Source: Rickettsiales bacterium
GTDB lineage: Bacteria > Pseudomonadota > Alphaproteobacteria > G027485855
Reading direction: 5' to 3'
DNA: 64,000 bases
NCBI GenBank assembly: GCA_027485855.1
Contig: JAIXQD010000019.1
Location: forward strand, 146,256-210,255
Position numbers and translations under genes: made by a program. The notes below the pieces were generated by a model. It was given only the letters and a program-made list of their open reading frames with translations. It was not told the origin of the DNA and did not search any database. Below are positions 19,917 to 30,004 of the stretch, piece after piece (within the stretch, counting starts at the first letter, position 1; each line of letters opens with the position of its first letter).

Positions 19917-20509
19917 TATGTGCCCCCATCAAGGATTGCCGCTTCGCCAGCTTCAAGCGGTGGTGTAAGCGTGATGCCGCTGACTTCTGATAAATCTATG
20001 TTGCTACTGAGCGCAAAGCCATTGCTGGCGGGGTCGTAGGCAAAAACATCCATGGTGAAGGCCGTGCCGGTATCTTCTAGCATGCCATATTGTACGCTAC
20101 GCCCCATGATACGCTCAAGCTCGCTGACTAAATCGCCACCCAGATATTGCGCAAAATTAGCTTGCGGCTCGCCGTTCGCATCAAGCGTGATAACATTGCT
20201 ATAAGTAAAAGTGTGCCGCGTGCCGCCGCGATTAAACGCCACCGAAAACCATAAATTATTATTGACCCCGCCCGGCCCATAAAGCGGCAAAATTAAAGCG
20301 GGGTCGAGCACTTGCACATCGCCTGGGTTAGCGACAATCACCGGATTTGCCCCAACGGCAGCCATGGCGGATTGATGCCAGCGCACCATTTGCTGGCCAT
20401 AAATTGTGGGTGGGTTAAGGCTTTGCCGCGCTAAAACATCGCTGGTGACTGTAACCAGCACGCCGCTGCTGATGGCAAGCAACAAAGCAATAAAAGCAAC
20501 TGCAAACAT
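19916..20509 (-). CDS. Membrane-anchored pilus-associated protein (possible non-canonical minor pilin)
   Basis: 197 aa with the N-terminus MFAVAFIALLLAISSGVLV. GGAGGG RBS upstream. Shares an ATGA-type 1-nt overlap with the pilV-like start. Confidence 0.5.
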   Translation of the reverse strand: MFAVAFIALLLAISSGVLVTVTSDVLARQSLNPPTIYGQQMVRWHQSAMAAVGANPVIVANPGDVQVLDPALILPLYGPGGVNNNLWFSVAFNRGGTRHTFTYSNVITLDANGEPQANFAQYLGGDLVSELERIMGRSVQYGMLEDTGTAFTMDVFAYDPASNGFALSSNIDLSEVSGITLTPPLEAGEAAILDGGT

Positions 20510-20611
20510 GCTTTATCCCTCCTGCCCGCCAAAAAATAAATGCCCAAAAATAAGCGCTCAAAAATATAAACTGGGCCCAAAAACTTTGCCCGATACCAAA
20601 ATATCAGCACA

Positions 20612-20652
20612 TAAGAAAAAGGCTCGCCACGCATAATATTGTGGCGAGCCTG
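20612..20652 (-). terminator. Hairpin plus T-run immediately after the major pilin gene
   Basis: On the minus strand: AGGCTCGCCAC-aatattatgc-GTGGCGAGCCT followed by TTTTTCTT. Confidence 0.6.
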
Positions 20653-20693
20653 ATAGTTTTACGCAACCAGCAATGCTGCCTTAACAGCAAAGC

Positions 20694-21305
20694 CTAGCGA
20701 ATAAAGAAGCGCCAAACCACATCAGCCGTTGCTGTGCCACAATCGGTGGCAATCGCAGCGGGGCTGAAGGCAGCATCAATAGCGGCTTGGTCGGCAAGAC
20801 CGGCTAAAACAATTTCAGCGCCTGTGCCTGCGGTAATACCAACAAGGCCCACATCGGCGCCAAGGTTGCGGGCGCGCGTGGCCAGCTCAATGCAAGCCGC
20901 ACCCGGAATGCCGGTCATGCTGACGGTGAACTCATTCACCGATGTGCCCGCATCAACCGAAAGCGTGGTAGCACCACCCCAAGCGGTGGTGGCGTTAGTG
21001 GCATCGACAATCATGTCGGCGGGGATAACCCGTGCCGCAATCATCGCCGCCGTATTAAGGCCGGCTGAAGTATTGGAGCCGGCATAAAGATTGCGCACGC
21101 CTTGCACAATTTGCAGCAGCTGCTGGTGACCTTTGGTTTCGCGCATATTTTCGTAAACGCTCGCGGCGGCAATCCAGATACCGCCGACAACCAAGCCAAC
21201 GATGGCCAGCACGATGGCCGCCTCAATGAGGTTAAAACCACGGCGCAGCAGCGACACCGATTTATCTTGGTTCTTCTGCAATTGAACACGAGACAGTAAA
21301 CGCAT
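20694..21305 (-). CDS. pilS: Type IVb major prepilin (PilS-like)
   Basis: Has a 23-aa basic leader ending RRG|FNLIEAAIVLAIVGLVVGG, and a C-terminal Cys pair (AACIEL...ATDCG) consistent with a D-region disulfide. Confidence 0.8.
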   Translation of the reverse strand: MRLLSRVQLQKNQDKSVSLLRRGFNLIEAAIVLAIVGLVVGGIWIAAASVYENMRETKGHQQLLQIVQGVRNLYAGSNTSAGLNTAAMIAARVIPADMIVDATNATTAWGGATTLSVDAGTSVNEFTVSMTGIPGAACIELATRARNLGADVGLVGITAGTGAEIVLAGLADQAAIDAAFSPAAIATDCGTATADVVWRFFIR

Positions 21306-21459
21306 AGCAGCCCCTCATCTAGTTGAATAAAAATCAATTGAAATTACGAATAGCATTATCGCCTGTTAGGGTAAATAAACCTTTAAGCCGTTGCTTGTCG
21401 ATTCATTATATTTATTACGCTATTGTTATGTGCTTTTTACGGCACGGCTAAGATATTGA
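21306..21459 (-). promoter_or_regulatory. AT-rich region upstream of pilS; candidate internal promoter
   Basis: 154-bp gap in an otherwise tightly packed operon. A minus-strand TATAAT lies at 21405-21410 and a GAGGGG RBS precedes the ATG. I found no convincing -35 element. Confidence 0.35.
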
Positions 21460-22536
21460 CTAAAACTTGCCGCCACCACCAGAGCTGAGTGTGGTGGTAA
21501 TGCCCACAATGCTGGATAGGGCCCAAGCAATAATGGCACCCACACAGCCCAAACCAACATAACGCACAATTTGGGCCTGACTGCGTAGTTTATCGATTTG
21601 CTCGCGCATCCACTCATCGGTGACTTTGCGCAGCACATCGGCCACATCCGAACGCTCGGACAGAATTTCTAAATCAAGTGCCAGCTGCGGGTCGGGGAAG
21701 TTGTAGTTGGTTTGCCGCAAAGCCTCACCTAAATTGCGCCCGCGCATCACTTCTTCGCGCGTGGCGGCAATGCGTTGCTTGAGCCACGGGTTAGCCTGCA
21801 CCTCGAGCACTTCTAAGGCACGCTTAAGCGACACTTGCGCTTGCAACAAAGCCGACATGGACAACAAAAACGCACTGCCCTGCCACAAGCGATACCATGA
21901 CCAAGGCGGGAACATATCAAACATCGCACGCACATGCCCGCGCCAAACCGGCATGAGCATGGCAAGGCCAACCATGAGGCCAATAACAAACACCAGCGTC
22001 AGCAAGCCCCATGAGCGAATATAATCGGACACACTGGCAAGGCTGCCCATGCTGGCAATCACTTGTGGTGGGGCCATTTGCCGCATTGGCTCAATCATAT
22101 TGACACCAAACAACCACAACACCGCCCCCAACAGCATCAGCATAAACACCGGATACCCGACGGCTTGAATAATAGCGCCCTTCATTTCTTTGCTGCGGTC
22201 GCCCATTTCAAGAATCTGTTGCATGGCCAGCGCAACTTGCCCCGCTTCTTCGCCCGCTTTTATCATGAACAACTCAGACAGCGGCACCCAGCCCACCATG
22301 GCTTCAGACAGGCTCTCACCCGCACGGTCACGCTCAAACCATTCTTTGAGCGCCAAAGCTGCGGCCTTGCGCGGATAGCGCCCGCGCTCGGTGACATTAT
22401 TGTAAAGCCGCTCAAGACAGCGCGACAGCGCCTCATTCATGGCCATCATGCCTTGCAGCTTGCGATAAATGCGAAAACGCTCGCTGCGATTAAGCCGAAA
22501 ACTGAGCTGCGCCAGACTGCGTGCCGTATCTACCAT
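21460..22536 (-). CDS. pilR: GspF/PilC-family platform protein (PilR-like)
   Basis: 358 aa with the GspF-type topology (three TM segments). Located downstream of the ATPase gene with a 7-nt overlap. Confidence 0.82.
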   Translation of the reverse strand: MVDTARSLAQLSFRLNRSERFRIYRKLQGMMAMNEALSRCLERLYNNVTERGRYPRKAAALALKEWFERDRAGESLSEAMVGWVPLSELFMIKAGEEAGQVALAMQQILEMGDRSKEMKGAIIQAVGYPVFMLMLLGAVLWLFGVNMIEPMRQMAPPQVIASMGSLASVSDYIRSWGLLTLVFVIGLMVGLAMLMPVWRGHVRAMFDMFPPWSWYRLWQGSAFLLSMSALLQAQVSLKRALEVLEVQANPWLKQRIAATREEVMRGRNLGEALRQTNYNFPDPQLALDLEILSERSDVADVLRKVTDEWMREQIDKLRSQAQIVRYVGLGCVGAIIAWALSSIVGITTTLSSGGGGKF

Positions 22537-24458
22537 GAACCCCCCATGCCTAGAAGGCTCTCAACATCTTTAAGGCCGCGATCGCTAATGAGTGGCCCCA
22601 GCTCAAACTCGGCATCTTGTGGGGCAACTTCGCCCTTACGAATTTTATAAAGCGCGTGACCGGCCATGGTAATACCATTAAGGCCATGCGGGCTAAGCCA
22701 GTATTTGCGCGCATCTTCCATGCGGTTTTCAGACAGCAGCGCCATCAGGCGCATATCGGTTTCAATCACCTCGGCCGCAATGGTGCGGCCCACCCGCCCC
22801 TTAAAACAATGGCGGCAGCCCTCAATATTAGGAAAAAATACCTCTGACAGATCGGGCTCGCGCAAGCGGTTGAGCGGGTCGGATAATTCATCGGCTTTGG
22901 GGTCGCGCTCGGCATCAAGCAAGGCCAGCGCGGCCCTGATACGGCGCGCCAAAGGATCAAGCTCGGGGCTATCGGCCACGGCTTTTTTAAGCGGAATGCG
23001 GCAATGCGGGCAAAGCTGACGCATGAGACGCTGACACATCATGCCTTTGACCAAATGATGGTCATAAACCAAATAAGGCTCTAGCCCCAAATCGCGCAGA
23101 CGCTGCGGCACCGCAATGGCCGAATAAACGTGCAAGGTGGTGTACACCTGCCGCCCCGTGAGCGCCAAACGAAACAGAAAATTCGCCGTGGTTAAATCGC
23201 GGGTTTCGCCCAACATCACAATATCGGGGTCAAGGCGCAAGGCCGAGCGCATAATTTCAATGAAGGTTTTTTCGCGCATTTCATCTTTAGCGCTGGCGGC
23301 CACGCCAATTTGCCGCGCCCCTAAAACGCCGCCTTCGGGCGGGTCTTCAATCATAAGGCAGTTCAATTGGTAATTGGTCTCGGCCATGCGCCGATTAAGC
23401 ATCACCCGCAAGGTGGTAGTTTTACCTTGGTTAACCGGGCCGGTAATAATGCGCATACCGCCCGGCGTGTTACGCAAGCTGCGCACCGCCTCCATTTGCT
23501 CGGGCAAAAAACCCAGCTGGTCAACATCGGCCGCCATAAAATTGGCCCCAAAAATATGCAGGCCATCATATTGCAAGCGCATATCAAGATAGCGCCCACC
23601 ATCAGCCAGCGGCATCCATTGGCAGCGCACGCTTAAAATACCATCGGGAAACTGAATAGCATCAAGGCCGCTTTGTGGCACCAGCATGGCCGCCATGGGC
23701 TCTAGCCAATTTGCGGTGGCGCCCGACTGCACCGATGAGTGCGAATAAACCGATGAGAGAAACTGGTCGCCCTCGCGCTGGGTCCAGGTTTCCCACAGGC
23801 GCAAGGCACCATCAACCCGAAACTCAACTTTGGTACGGCCGGCGCTGGCCTCGATGTGAATATCGTTGGCGCCAAACTCTTTGGCTTTTTGCAAAGTCTC
23901 ATTTATTTTACGGCGAACCGAGTTATCATCTTGTTTGCTTGATGAGACGGCACGCTCGGCATAAAAATAGGCCTGCCGAATAATATCGGGCGTCACATAG
24001 GTTGGGTCATTAACCCGAAAACCCTGCCGCCGCGCCGACACCGCAACCGAAGTAATCAGCGGCGAGTTTTTATGGCTTTCTGACACCAGCCACATGCCAC
24101 TATCGAACAACACGCAAAGACCGCGAGAGTCGGGTGCAATTTTGAGCGGCCCATTGGGCGAGGTTAAAACCTGCCCCACAAAAATAATGCGCTTATTGCC
24201 ACCGCCATCGGTGGTCATTTCCTCGGCGGCGCGGTCTGGCTCGGCGACGGGCGCGGCGGCCTCGATGGCGGCTTGTTCTTTGGTTGGCTGTTCTTTGTTA
24301 TCTTTATTGGGATTATTTTTATTGCCGGCGCCGGCCAATGCAGGATTCTTTTTGCGCTCGCCGCTGTTGCTACTGGCTTTTTTTGGGTTAAGCGCGGCCT
24401 TAGCTGATGCCTCGCCACTCATGAGATTGCTCAGTTTTTGCATCAACCCATCAAACAT
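22530..24458 (-). CDS. pilQ: GspE/PilB-family assembly ATPase (PilQ-like in R64 nomenclature)
   Basis: Has Walker A GPVNQGKTTT, DPDIVMLGETRD, and the tetracysteine CPHC...CRHC. The N-terminus is K/N/A-rich and low-complexity. Confidence 0.9.
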   Translation of the reverse strand: MFDGLMQKLSNLMSGEASAKAALNPKKASSNSGERKKNPALAGAGNKNNPNKDNKEQPTKEQAAIEAAAPVAEPDRAAEEMTTDGGGNKRIIFVGQVLTSPNGPLKIAPDSRGLCVLFDSGMWLVSESHKNSPLITSVAVSARRQGFRVNDPTYVTPDIIRQAYFYAERAVSSSKQDDNSVRRKINETLQKAKEFGANDIHIEASAGRTKVEFRVDGALRLWETWTQREGDQFLSSVYSHSSVQSGATANWLEPMAAMLVPQSGLDAIQFPDGILSVRCQWMPLADGGRYLDMRLQYDGLHIFGANFMAADVDQLGFLPEQMEAVRSLRNTPGGMRIITGPVNQGKTTTLRVMLNRRMAETNYQLNCLMIEDPPEGGVLGARQIGVAASAKDEMREKTFIEIMRSALRLDPDIVMLGETRDLTTANFLFRLALTGRQVYTTLHVYSAIAVPQRLRDLGLEPYLVYDHHLVKGMMCQRLMRQLCPHCRIPLKKAVADSPELDPLARRIRAALALLDAERDPKADELSDPLNRLREPDLSEVFFPNIEGCRHCFKGRVGRTIAAEVIETDMRLMALLSENRMEDARKYWLSPHGLNGITMAGHALYKIRKGEVAPQDAEFELGPLISDRGLKDVESLLGMGGSW

Positions 24459-24526
24459 AAATTGCCTATCGGTTGCGAAAAAATTTTATGCGAAAAAGTT
24501 TTAATGGCGCGAGCACCAACCACACG

Positions 24527-25462
24527 CTAATTTTTATCAAGGGTAACGGTTTGCTCTTTGCCCTTACTATTGCGCAAAACTACGCTATCGGCAGAGATGG
24601 ACACAATTTGCTGACCATCAGCCAAACTATCGCCAATGCCGACATTTTTGCGCTCGCCGCCACTGCTGACGGTGGCCCGCAGCGAACCTTCAGCCCCTGA
24701 AATGCGCTCAATTTCAACTTTGCCCTCGGGGTTGCGGCGCGGCGAAATGGTGGGCGCAATATTTGCCGATGAATTAAAAGACGGCGAAATATTGGTGGAA
24801 ACGCTCTGCGGATTTGATGGTGCAGGCGGTGGCGGTAAGGGCGTAAGCGAACTGGCTGGCACTGCCGGAATGCCCGATAAGCCACCCGCGCCACCAAAAG
24901 AGGGGCGAGATTTTTGCTCACGCGCATCACGAATTTTGCTGATCTCAGTAAGTTGTTTTTCAATACTGTTCAAAATCTCAAGGCGCTTTAAGGCGTCTTC
25001 AGCGGCGGCGATATCATCAAGGCTGATGCGCGATTGGTCGTTGCGCAGGCGCTCGAGCACTTTATTGACGGCAGCAATATCTTCGGCCGAGCGCGCTTTA
25101 CTGCCGCCAGCTTGAGCGGTTGCGCTGCCGGTATTAGCACTGCCAGCATTCGGCATGCTGGGCACAGCCCCTTGCGTTGCCAAAGGCTTGCCCGCGCCAT
25201 CAAGCAACACAGCTGAGGCGCTGTTGCTGGCGCTATTATTTGTGCTTGTTACTGTGCTGGGGCTGGCGCTATCGGCAGTTGAATTTTTTTCATCGGTCAG
25301 GCTTGGTGCAGGCGGCGGCAATTTTGCTTGCGGCACCTGGGCTAAAGCCGCGCTGCTCAAAAACGCCAGCAGCGTACAACCACCCAACATTAAAATGAGT
25401 TTATGGCCAATAAGTTGATGGCCAATGAGTTTATGGCTGGGTATGGGTTTAGCGCATTTCAT
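24527..25462 (-). CDS. pilP: PilP-like pilus biogenesis protein
   Basis: Has a signal/TM segment, a long Ser/Ala/Pro linker, and a C-terminal beta domain (RATVSSGGERKNVGIGDSLADGQQIVSISADSVVL). Start chosen at MKCAKP. Confidence 0.6.
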   Translation of the reverse strand: MKCAKPIPSHKLIGHQLIGHKLILMLGGCTLLAFLSSAALAQVPQAKLPPPAPSLTDEKNSTADSASPSTVTSTNNSASNSASAVLLDGAGKPLATQGAVPSMPNAGSANTGSATAQAGGSKARSAEDIAAVNKVLERLRNDQSRISLDDIAAAEDALKRLEILNSIEKQLTEISKIRDAREQKSRPSFGGAGGLSGIPAVPASSLTPLPPPPAPSNPQSVSTNISPSFNSSANIAPTISPRRNPEGKVEIERISGAEGSLRATVSSGGERKNVGIGDSLADGQQIVSISADSVVLRNSKGKEQTVTLDKN

Positions 25463-26702
25463 AAATAACCCCTTCTGTCTTCCACGAACCATTAGACCAG
25501 CTGATGCTTTCAATCACAAAGCCGGGTAGGCCCGCATAGCCTTGCCACTGGTGCCATGGTGCAGTGTCGCTGTTTAAGGTAACTTTTCTCTTAACCCATG
25601 GCGGCGGCGGGGGTGGAGCCGGCTGCCCTTGCCTTGGTGGCGGGGGGGGCGGCTCGACCACAGGTTTAAGCGCGGCCCGCCAGTTGCGCCGCAGGGCAAT
25701 TTGCGTGACATCATCTTTGTTTAAAATAACTTCGGTGCCGCGACGAGTGAGGTTTTCTAAGGTAAATTGGCTATTGGCACGCGATTGGCTATCATCCATG
25801 CGGGCATTGGGCGGCACAATGGCCACGCCCGATGTACGCGACCATTCAACGCTTAAAGTGCGCCCCGCACAGGAAAAAGTGGCCAAATTCCACCCCGCCA
25901 TAACCACCGGCACATTTTTCATGGCTTCGCGGCAGGCAGTCATAAAAATTTCAGGCGATGGGGCATCTTCCCAAACACGCTTGGGCGGCTCGGGCAAATT
26001 GGCCTGTGGCAACAACGTAGAGGGCACAGTTTGCAGCCCTTCGCGCAGCCTTTGCTCGCGGGCCTTTTGGCTATTTCTGCGCTCAAGCGCCACTTGTGCG
26101 GCATCGCGCTCGCGTTGCCATTGCAGGCCAGCATAAGCCAGCCCACCCACCACCAAAACGCCCAGCAGCACAAACAAAATGATATTGCGCGGTATGGTAA
26201 CAGGACGCAAAATACCGCTCGACCGGCCTTGCAACAAGAGCGAGAGCGGCACGGGATCGGCGCCCGGAATGGTCCAGCTATCGGGCGCATAAATACGCTG
26301 CAAGCCGCCCAAGCCAATTTCGTGCATGAGACGCTCACGCGCCTCACGCTCATCGGCATAAAGATGGTCGCCATCGGGCGCAATCAGGTCATCGCGAACA
26401 ACGCAAACCCAATAGCCTTCATCTAAACGAAAAGCGCCAACCCACGAGCCGGGCTGCTGGTCGGCCATGCTGGCAGCACCCGTGGGCATGCCTTGGCGAT
26501 GCCCATAGGATTTTTGCCCTAAACCAAATTGTGCCACCCGGCCACTTTTGGTGGCACCCCTTACGGCAAAATAATCGGCTGGTTGCCCTTGCTGACGGGC
26601 GGCCTCACGCGCGGCTTGTGCCACGCGCCCTGATGGGCTGGGCTGCCAATAAAGGCCAACCGCAAATTTGCGCCGCCCAATGCTGACGACACCGCCCGCC
26701 AT
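25449..26702 (-). CDS. pilO: PilO (type IVb, PilO2-like) protein
   Basis: Has the N-terminus IGRRKFAVGLYWQPS characteristic of R64/PAPI-1 PilO, one central TM helix, and a poly-Pro segment. Confidence 0.7.
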   Translation of the reverse strand: MAGGVVSIGRRKFAVGLYWQPSPSGRVAQAAREAARQQGQPADYFAVRGATKSGRVAQFGLGQKSYGHRQGMPTGAASMADQQPGSWVGAFRLDEGYWVCVVRDDLIAPDGDHLYADEREARERLMHEIGLGGLQRIYAPDSWTIPGADPVPLSLLLQGRSSGILRPVTIPRNIILFVLLGVLVVGGLAYAGLQWQRERDAAQVALERRNSQKAREQRLREGLQTVPSTLLPQANLPEPPKRVWEDAPSPEIFMTACREAMKNVPVVMAGWNLATFSCAGRTLSVEWSRTSGVAIVPPNARMDDSQSRANSQFTLENLTRRGTEVILNKDDVTQIALRRNWRAALKPVVEPPPPPPRQGQPAPPPPPPWVKRKVTLNSDTAPWHQWQGYAGLPGFVIESISWSNGSWKTEGVIYEMR

Positions 26703-26705
26703 CGC

Positions 26706-28340
26706 CTAGCCTCGCGATTCAGCAGATGGCTGACCGATATCGACCTCTTGCGGCGTAATCGAGATAAACAACATGCGCCGCGATTCGGTATTAGCATTTC
26801 TGCCGCCCAACAACATGTTAAACGGGCTGCCAACGCCCGAGCGGTCTTGGGTGATGTCGTTTTGATCGACGCCGCTCAGCACCAAAGTTTGCCCACTTTG
26901 CAACATGGCTTGCTGCACAAAAATGCGGCTGGCGGTTTCGGGCAACTGAATAGACGAGCTATTTTGACCCGTGCCCGATGAAAAGGGCTCAATGCCCAGC
27001 AAATCAATCACCGACAGCGAATATTGCAGCAAAATACGGCCATCATCCAAAATGCGCGGCGTGAGCTGCAAAGAATAACCCTGCCGAATAATGCCAGGCT
27101 CAAGTGACGTGCTTTGGAAACTTTGCGAAGTGCTGGTTTCAACACTGGCAAGATAAGCGCGGTCAACACCAATGCGCCGCGTGGCGGGGCGGTTATTCAG
27201 TGTGGTTACGGGCAATTGCGCCACGCGTGACACTTTGCCCTTCGTGGCCAAAGCACGCAATACCGCATCACTGCCCGTGGTCGCGCGGTTGCGCCCCAGA
27301 ATTGTCACGCCAAGCCCGCCCGCGCGTTCGGCGGCTGAAACGCCAGGGATAGTTGCGCCCGTCCACTCAAAGCTGGGGAAGTTGCTGGTTTGCCGCACAA
27401 TGGCGTTTAGGTCGAAGTTGAAATCGACATCGTCGTTGAGATCAAGGCTAAACACCTCAACATTAATGGCCACCTGCTTGGTGAGCTGCACATTTTGGTC
27501 GTCAATAAAACTGGCCACCTGGCGCATGATTTCGGGCGTGGTGATAACCGTAACTGTACCCGTAGACGGCGCCACCTGGAACGAACCCACGCCGCCCAAA
27601 ACGGCCTGCATGGTTTTTTCAAGCTCGCTCCAAAACTCAATTTTAGCGGATAAATCGGCGCTTTGTTTAATGCCGCCACCATTATTACTGGCCGTGGTGC
27701 CGCCGCCTTGCACGCCGCCCTCAAGCTCGCCGGTTAAGCCATCGGTGATTTCAACCGTGCCGGGCATGGAGTAAATGGTAAAAATGCGCGTTTCGAAGCG
27801 CGAGAAAACAATGGCTGCGCCATCATAGCGCCACGACAGACCAAAATTACCCGCCACACGCTCGAGCAAGCCCGACAGCGGGCCTTGCCATTGTATGGGC
27901 ATGGCATCGTTATTATTGGCCGCACCCGCGGCTGGACGTGAAGCACCACCCACAGCGCCCGCTCTTGGGGCGGCGGCCGCAGTATCGGCGCCATCAGCGA
28001 GGCGCACCGGAATGCGGCTTTGCTGGGCGATTTCGTCGGCAATTTCGCGCAAAGTTAATGGCTTTGCCGAAGACAGCACAAACGCATTGGTTGTTTCAAA
28101 GCGCTCGGGCAGGGCTTGGCCACGGCGCGTGCGCACCGCTTTTTGCCCCGTCCACACCTGATCGGTGATTTGCAGCGAATCATGGCGCACGATTTCGGCG
28201 GGGCGCTTGGCGGTATCAACTTCGGTCACGGCCGTTTTTTGCCGCTGCTCAAAATCGCGGTCAAGGCGCTCAGTGTTGCAGGCCGCCAAAGTTGCAGCGG
28301 CCAGAACCAGCGATAGCCCCAGTGATAGGATTTTTTTCAT
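26706..28340 (-). CDS. pilN: Secretin lipoprotein (PilN-like)
   Basis: Begins MKKILSLGLSLVLAAATLAAC (lipobox) and has a C-terminal secretin domain (LVLSGVDQNDITQDRSGVG...LFISITPQ). GGAGAG RBS lies before the ATG at 28340. Confidence 0.85.
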   Translation of the reverse strand: MKKILSLGLSLVLAAATLAACNTERLDRDFEQRQKTAVTEVDTAKRPAEIVRHDSLQITDQVWTGQKAVRTRRGQALPERFETTNAFVLSSAKPLTLREIADEIAQQSRIPVRLADGADTAAAAPRAGAVGGASRPAAGAANNNDAMPIQWQGPLSGLLERVAGNFGLSWRYDGAAIVFSRFETRIFTIYSMPGTVEITDGLTGELEGGVQGGGTTASNNGGGIKQSADLSAKIEFWSELEKTMQAVLGGVGSFQVAPSTGTVTVITTPEIMRQVASFIDDQNVQLTKQVAINVEVFSLDLNDDVDFNFDLNAIVRQTSNFPSFEWTGATIPGVSAAERAGGLGVTILGRNRATTGSDAVLRALATKGKVSRVAQLPVTTLNNRPATRRIGVDRAYLASVETSTSQSFQSTSLEPGIIRQGYSLQLTPRILDDGRILLQYSLSVIDLLGIEPFSSGTGQNSSSIQLPETASRIFVQQAMLQSGQTLVLSGVDQNDITQDRSGVGSPFNMLLGGRNANTESRRMLFISITPQEVDIGQPSAESRG

Positions 28341-28439
28341 ATTGACTCTCCGCTCCACCAAAACCCCGAACCCCCGAAAGAAGCCCCAAAGAAACCCACT
28401 ATAAAACGCACCACAAAGCGCACCATAAAGTTCTGCGGC

Positions 28440-29501
28440 CTAACGGCCATACTGGTTACCGCGCGTGGTAATCACCAACACTGCTTGTCCAGCGGTGCTG
28501 TTTTTATGCAGGCGGCCCATTGGTTGTGGCTCAGCATCAGCTAAGCCTGCCAGCATTTGCCGCAACGCATCTTCATAAGAGCCGGTATAGGCCGAGGTGG
28601 CTTGTAGCGGATAGTCATATTCAGCGTCCCAGCTGAGCTCGACGCCGGCTTTATCCGACCAATTTTGCAACACGCTTTTTAACGTATCGCCGCGCTCGGC
28701 CCGCCACACATATAAAGCTGTGCTGCTGTCGCCCTCAATGGTGGTGGGGCTGGACAGCGCCGCATTTTCGCCCTCGATCAAGAGCGGGGCGGCGTCGCCC
28801 TCAATCACGGCGGCGCCATTAAGCGCATCGGTGCCACTTATTGGCATAGGATTATTTTCATAGGCGGGCAAGACGCCCAAAATGCCCGAGGTGCTGCCGC
28901 CCATAGTCGCTTTAGGCGTAAGCGTCATGGGTGTGGCATCAGGCCCTGTGGCGCTGAGCTGGTCATAGCTGGTGGCGGCCGCGCGTGGTGGCACAAAGGC
29001 CTCACCCGCGCGGGCAATATTGACCATGCCGGTGGCGAAGCTGGCCGACAAACCCACAGATGACAGGCTTTGTTGCAAAACATTTTGCCAGGATTGCCCA
29101 CCACGCCAGCTGACCAGCGTGCCCAAATCAACCGACTCGGCGACCGAAAAACCATGATCGGGCGGCACCACTTGCCGCAACATGGCGCCCAGTGGAATGC
29201 GATTGGCAAAACCCTCTAAGATGGCGCCATCGCTGGCAACACCACTAGCCGAAAGCGCAGGCGCAGTAAGTGGCTGCGGCACAACAGCCATGCTGGGTGA
29301 TGACATAACTGGCGGTAAATTATTTTGCGACCCAGCTAAAGGTAGAGGCTGCGGCAAACGACCAGAGCTGGCATTATTTTGCGCATCAGGCGGCACTAAT
29401 TTAAAACCCGCTTGCGCTGGTGCCACAAGGCAAAGACAAAATAACGCCGCAACAGCACCGCTTAAAAATTTTTGTTTTATGTACATTTTGAAAACAGGCA
29501 T
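28440..29501 (-). CDS. pilL: PilL-like protein with a TcpQ-type C-terminal domain
   Basis: Has a signal peptide and the C-terminus LYVWRAERGDTLKSVLQNWSDKAGVELSWDAEYDYPL, which resembles the PilL/TcpQ family. The start could be 29543, 29501 or 29486. Confidence 0.7.
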   Translation of the reverse strand: MPVFKMYIKQKFLSGAVAALFCLCLVAPAQAGFKLVPPDAQNNASSGRLPQPLPLAGSQNNLPPVMSSPSMAVVPQPLTAPALSASGVASDGAILEGFANRIPLGAMLRQVVPPDHGFSVAESVDLGTLVSWRGGQSWQNVLQQSLSSVGLSASFATGMVNIARAGEAFVPPRAAATSYDQLSATGPDATPMTLTPKATMGGSTSGILGVLPAYENNPMPISGTDALNGAAVIEGDAAPLLIEGENAALSSPTTIEGDSSTALYVWRAERGDTLKSVLQNWSDKAGVELSWDAEYDYPLQATSAYTGSYEDALRQMLAGLADAEPQPMGRLHKNSTAGQAVLVITTRGNQYGR

Positions 29502-29731
29502 GACCACTCCGGCAAAATGTAAAACGCTGTCGCTTGCAAGCACCAGTAAAAGCTGATTCGTGCATGAAAGCAGTTAATATATTGTTTTGACAGAACAGTG
29601 GCTGCCAGACAATGGCTAAAAGCCTTTAGCCCCGATACAGATGTCGCTCGTGACTTAACTGCACCATGCAGCGGGCAAAACCGGCAATCAGAGAGCTGGC
29701 CAGAAAACTGCCCGCAAAAAAGCCGCACAGT

Positions 29732-30004
29732 TTATTTTGCCTGATAATCATACCACCTGCGGATTCTTTGGTGCCGGTGTGCTGGTCGTCGTGCGCCCAA
29801 AAGCCGGCGTCGCACAGCCCGCCATGCGGCATCATAAGCAAGACCGTTTCGCTCGAATAAATAAAATAACAAAGTGCAGAGGCACGCAAAAATAAGAGTG
29901 TAAAGCCTTAAATGCAAAACCAGCAGCAAAAACGGCACGGCTGCGCGCGCATCAAAGCCCAAAAAGCGCACCGGTTTCATACTGTTGCGCCAATGAACAT
30001 CCAT
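29732..30004 (-). CDS. icmT: IcmT/TraK-family small membrane protein
   Basis: 90 aa: HWRNSMKPVRFLGFDARAAVPFLLLVLHLRLYTLIF...FERNGL. This matches the IcmT pattern. Located directly after dotB. Confidence 0.72.
   Translation of the reverse strand: MDVHWRNSMKPVRFLGFDARAAVPFLLLVLHLRLYTLIFACLCTLLFYLFERNGLAYDAAWRAVRRRLLGARRPAHRHQRIRRWYDYQAK

Noticed and set aside
18117-20509. Looked for an R64-style shufflon (rci recombinase, inverted sfx repeats, alternative pilV C-terminal exons) downstream of the pilV-like gene
   Set aside because: There is no recombinase ORF. I could see no inverted repeat set or partial pilV tail segments. The region holds one intact 138-aa secreted-protein gene and then gap.
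29544-29731. 188-bp gap between icmT and pilL, examined for a small gene or promoter
   Set aside because: The overlapping track ORFs (83 aa and 87 aa) are Cys/Phe-rich and lack an RBS. I could not find a convincing -35/-10 or -24/-12 element, so I make no call.
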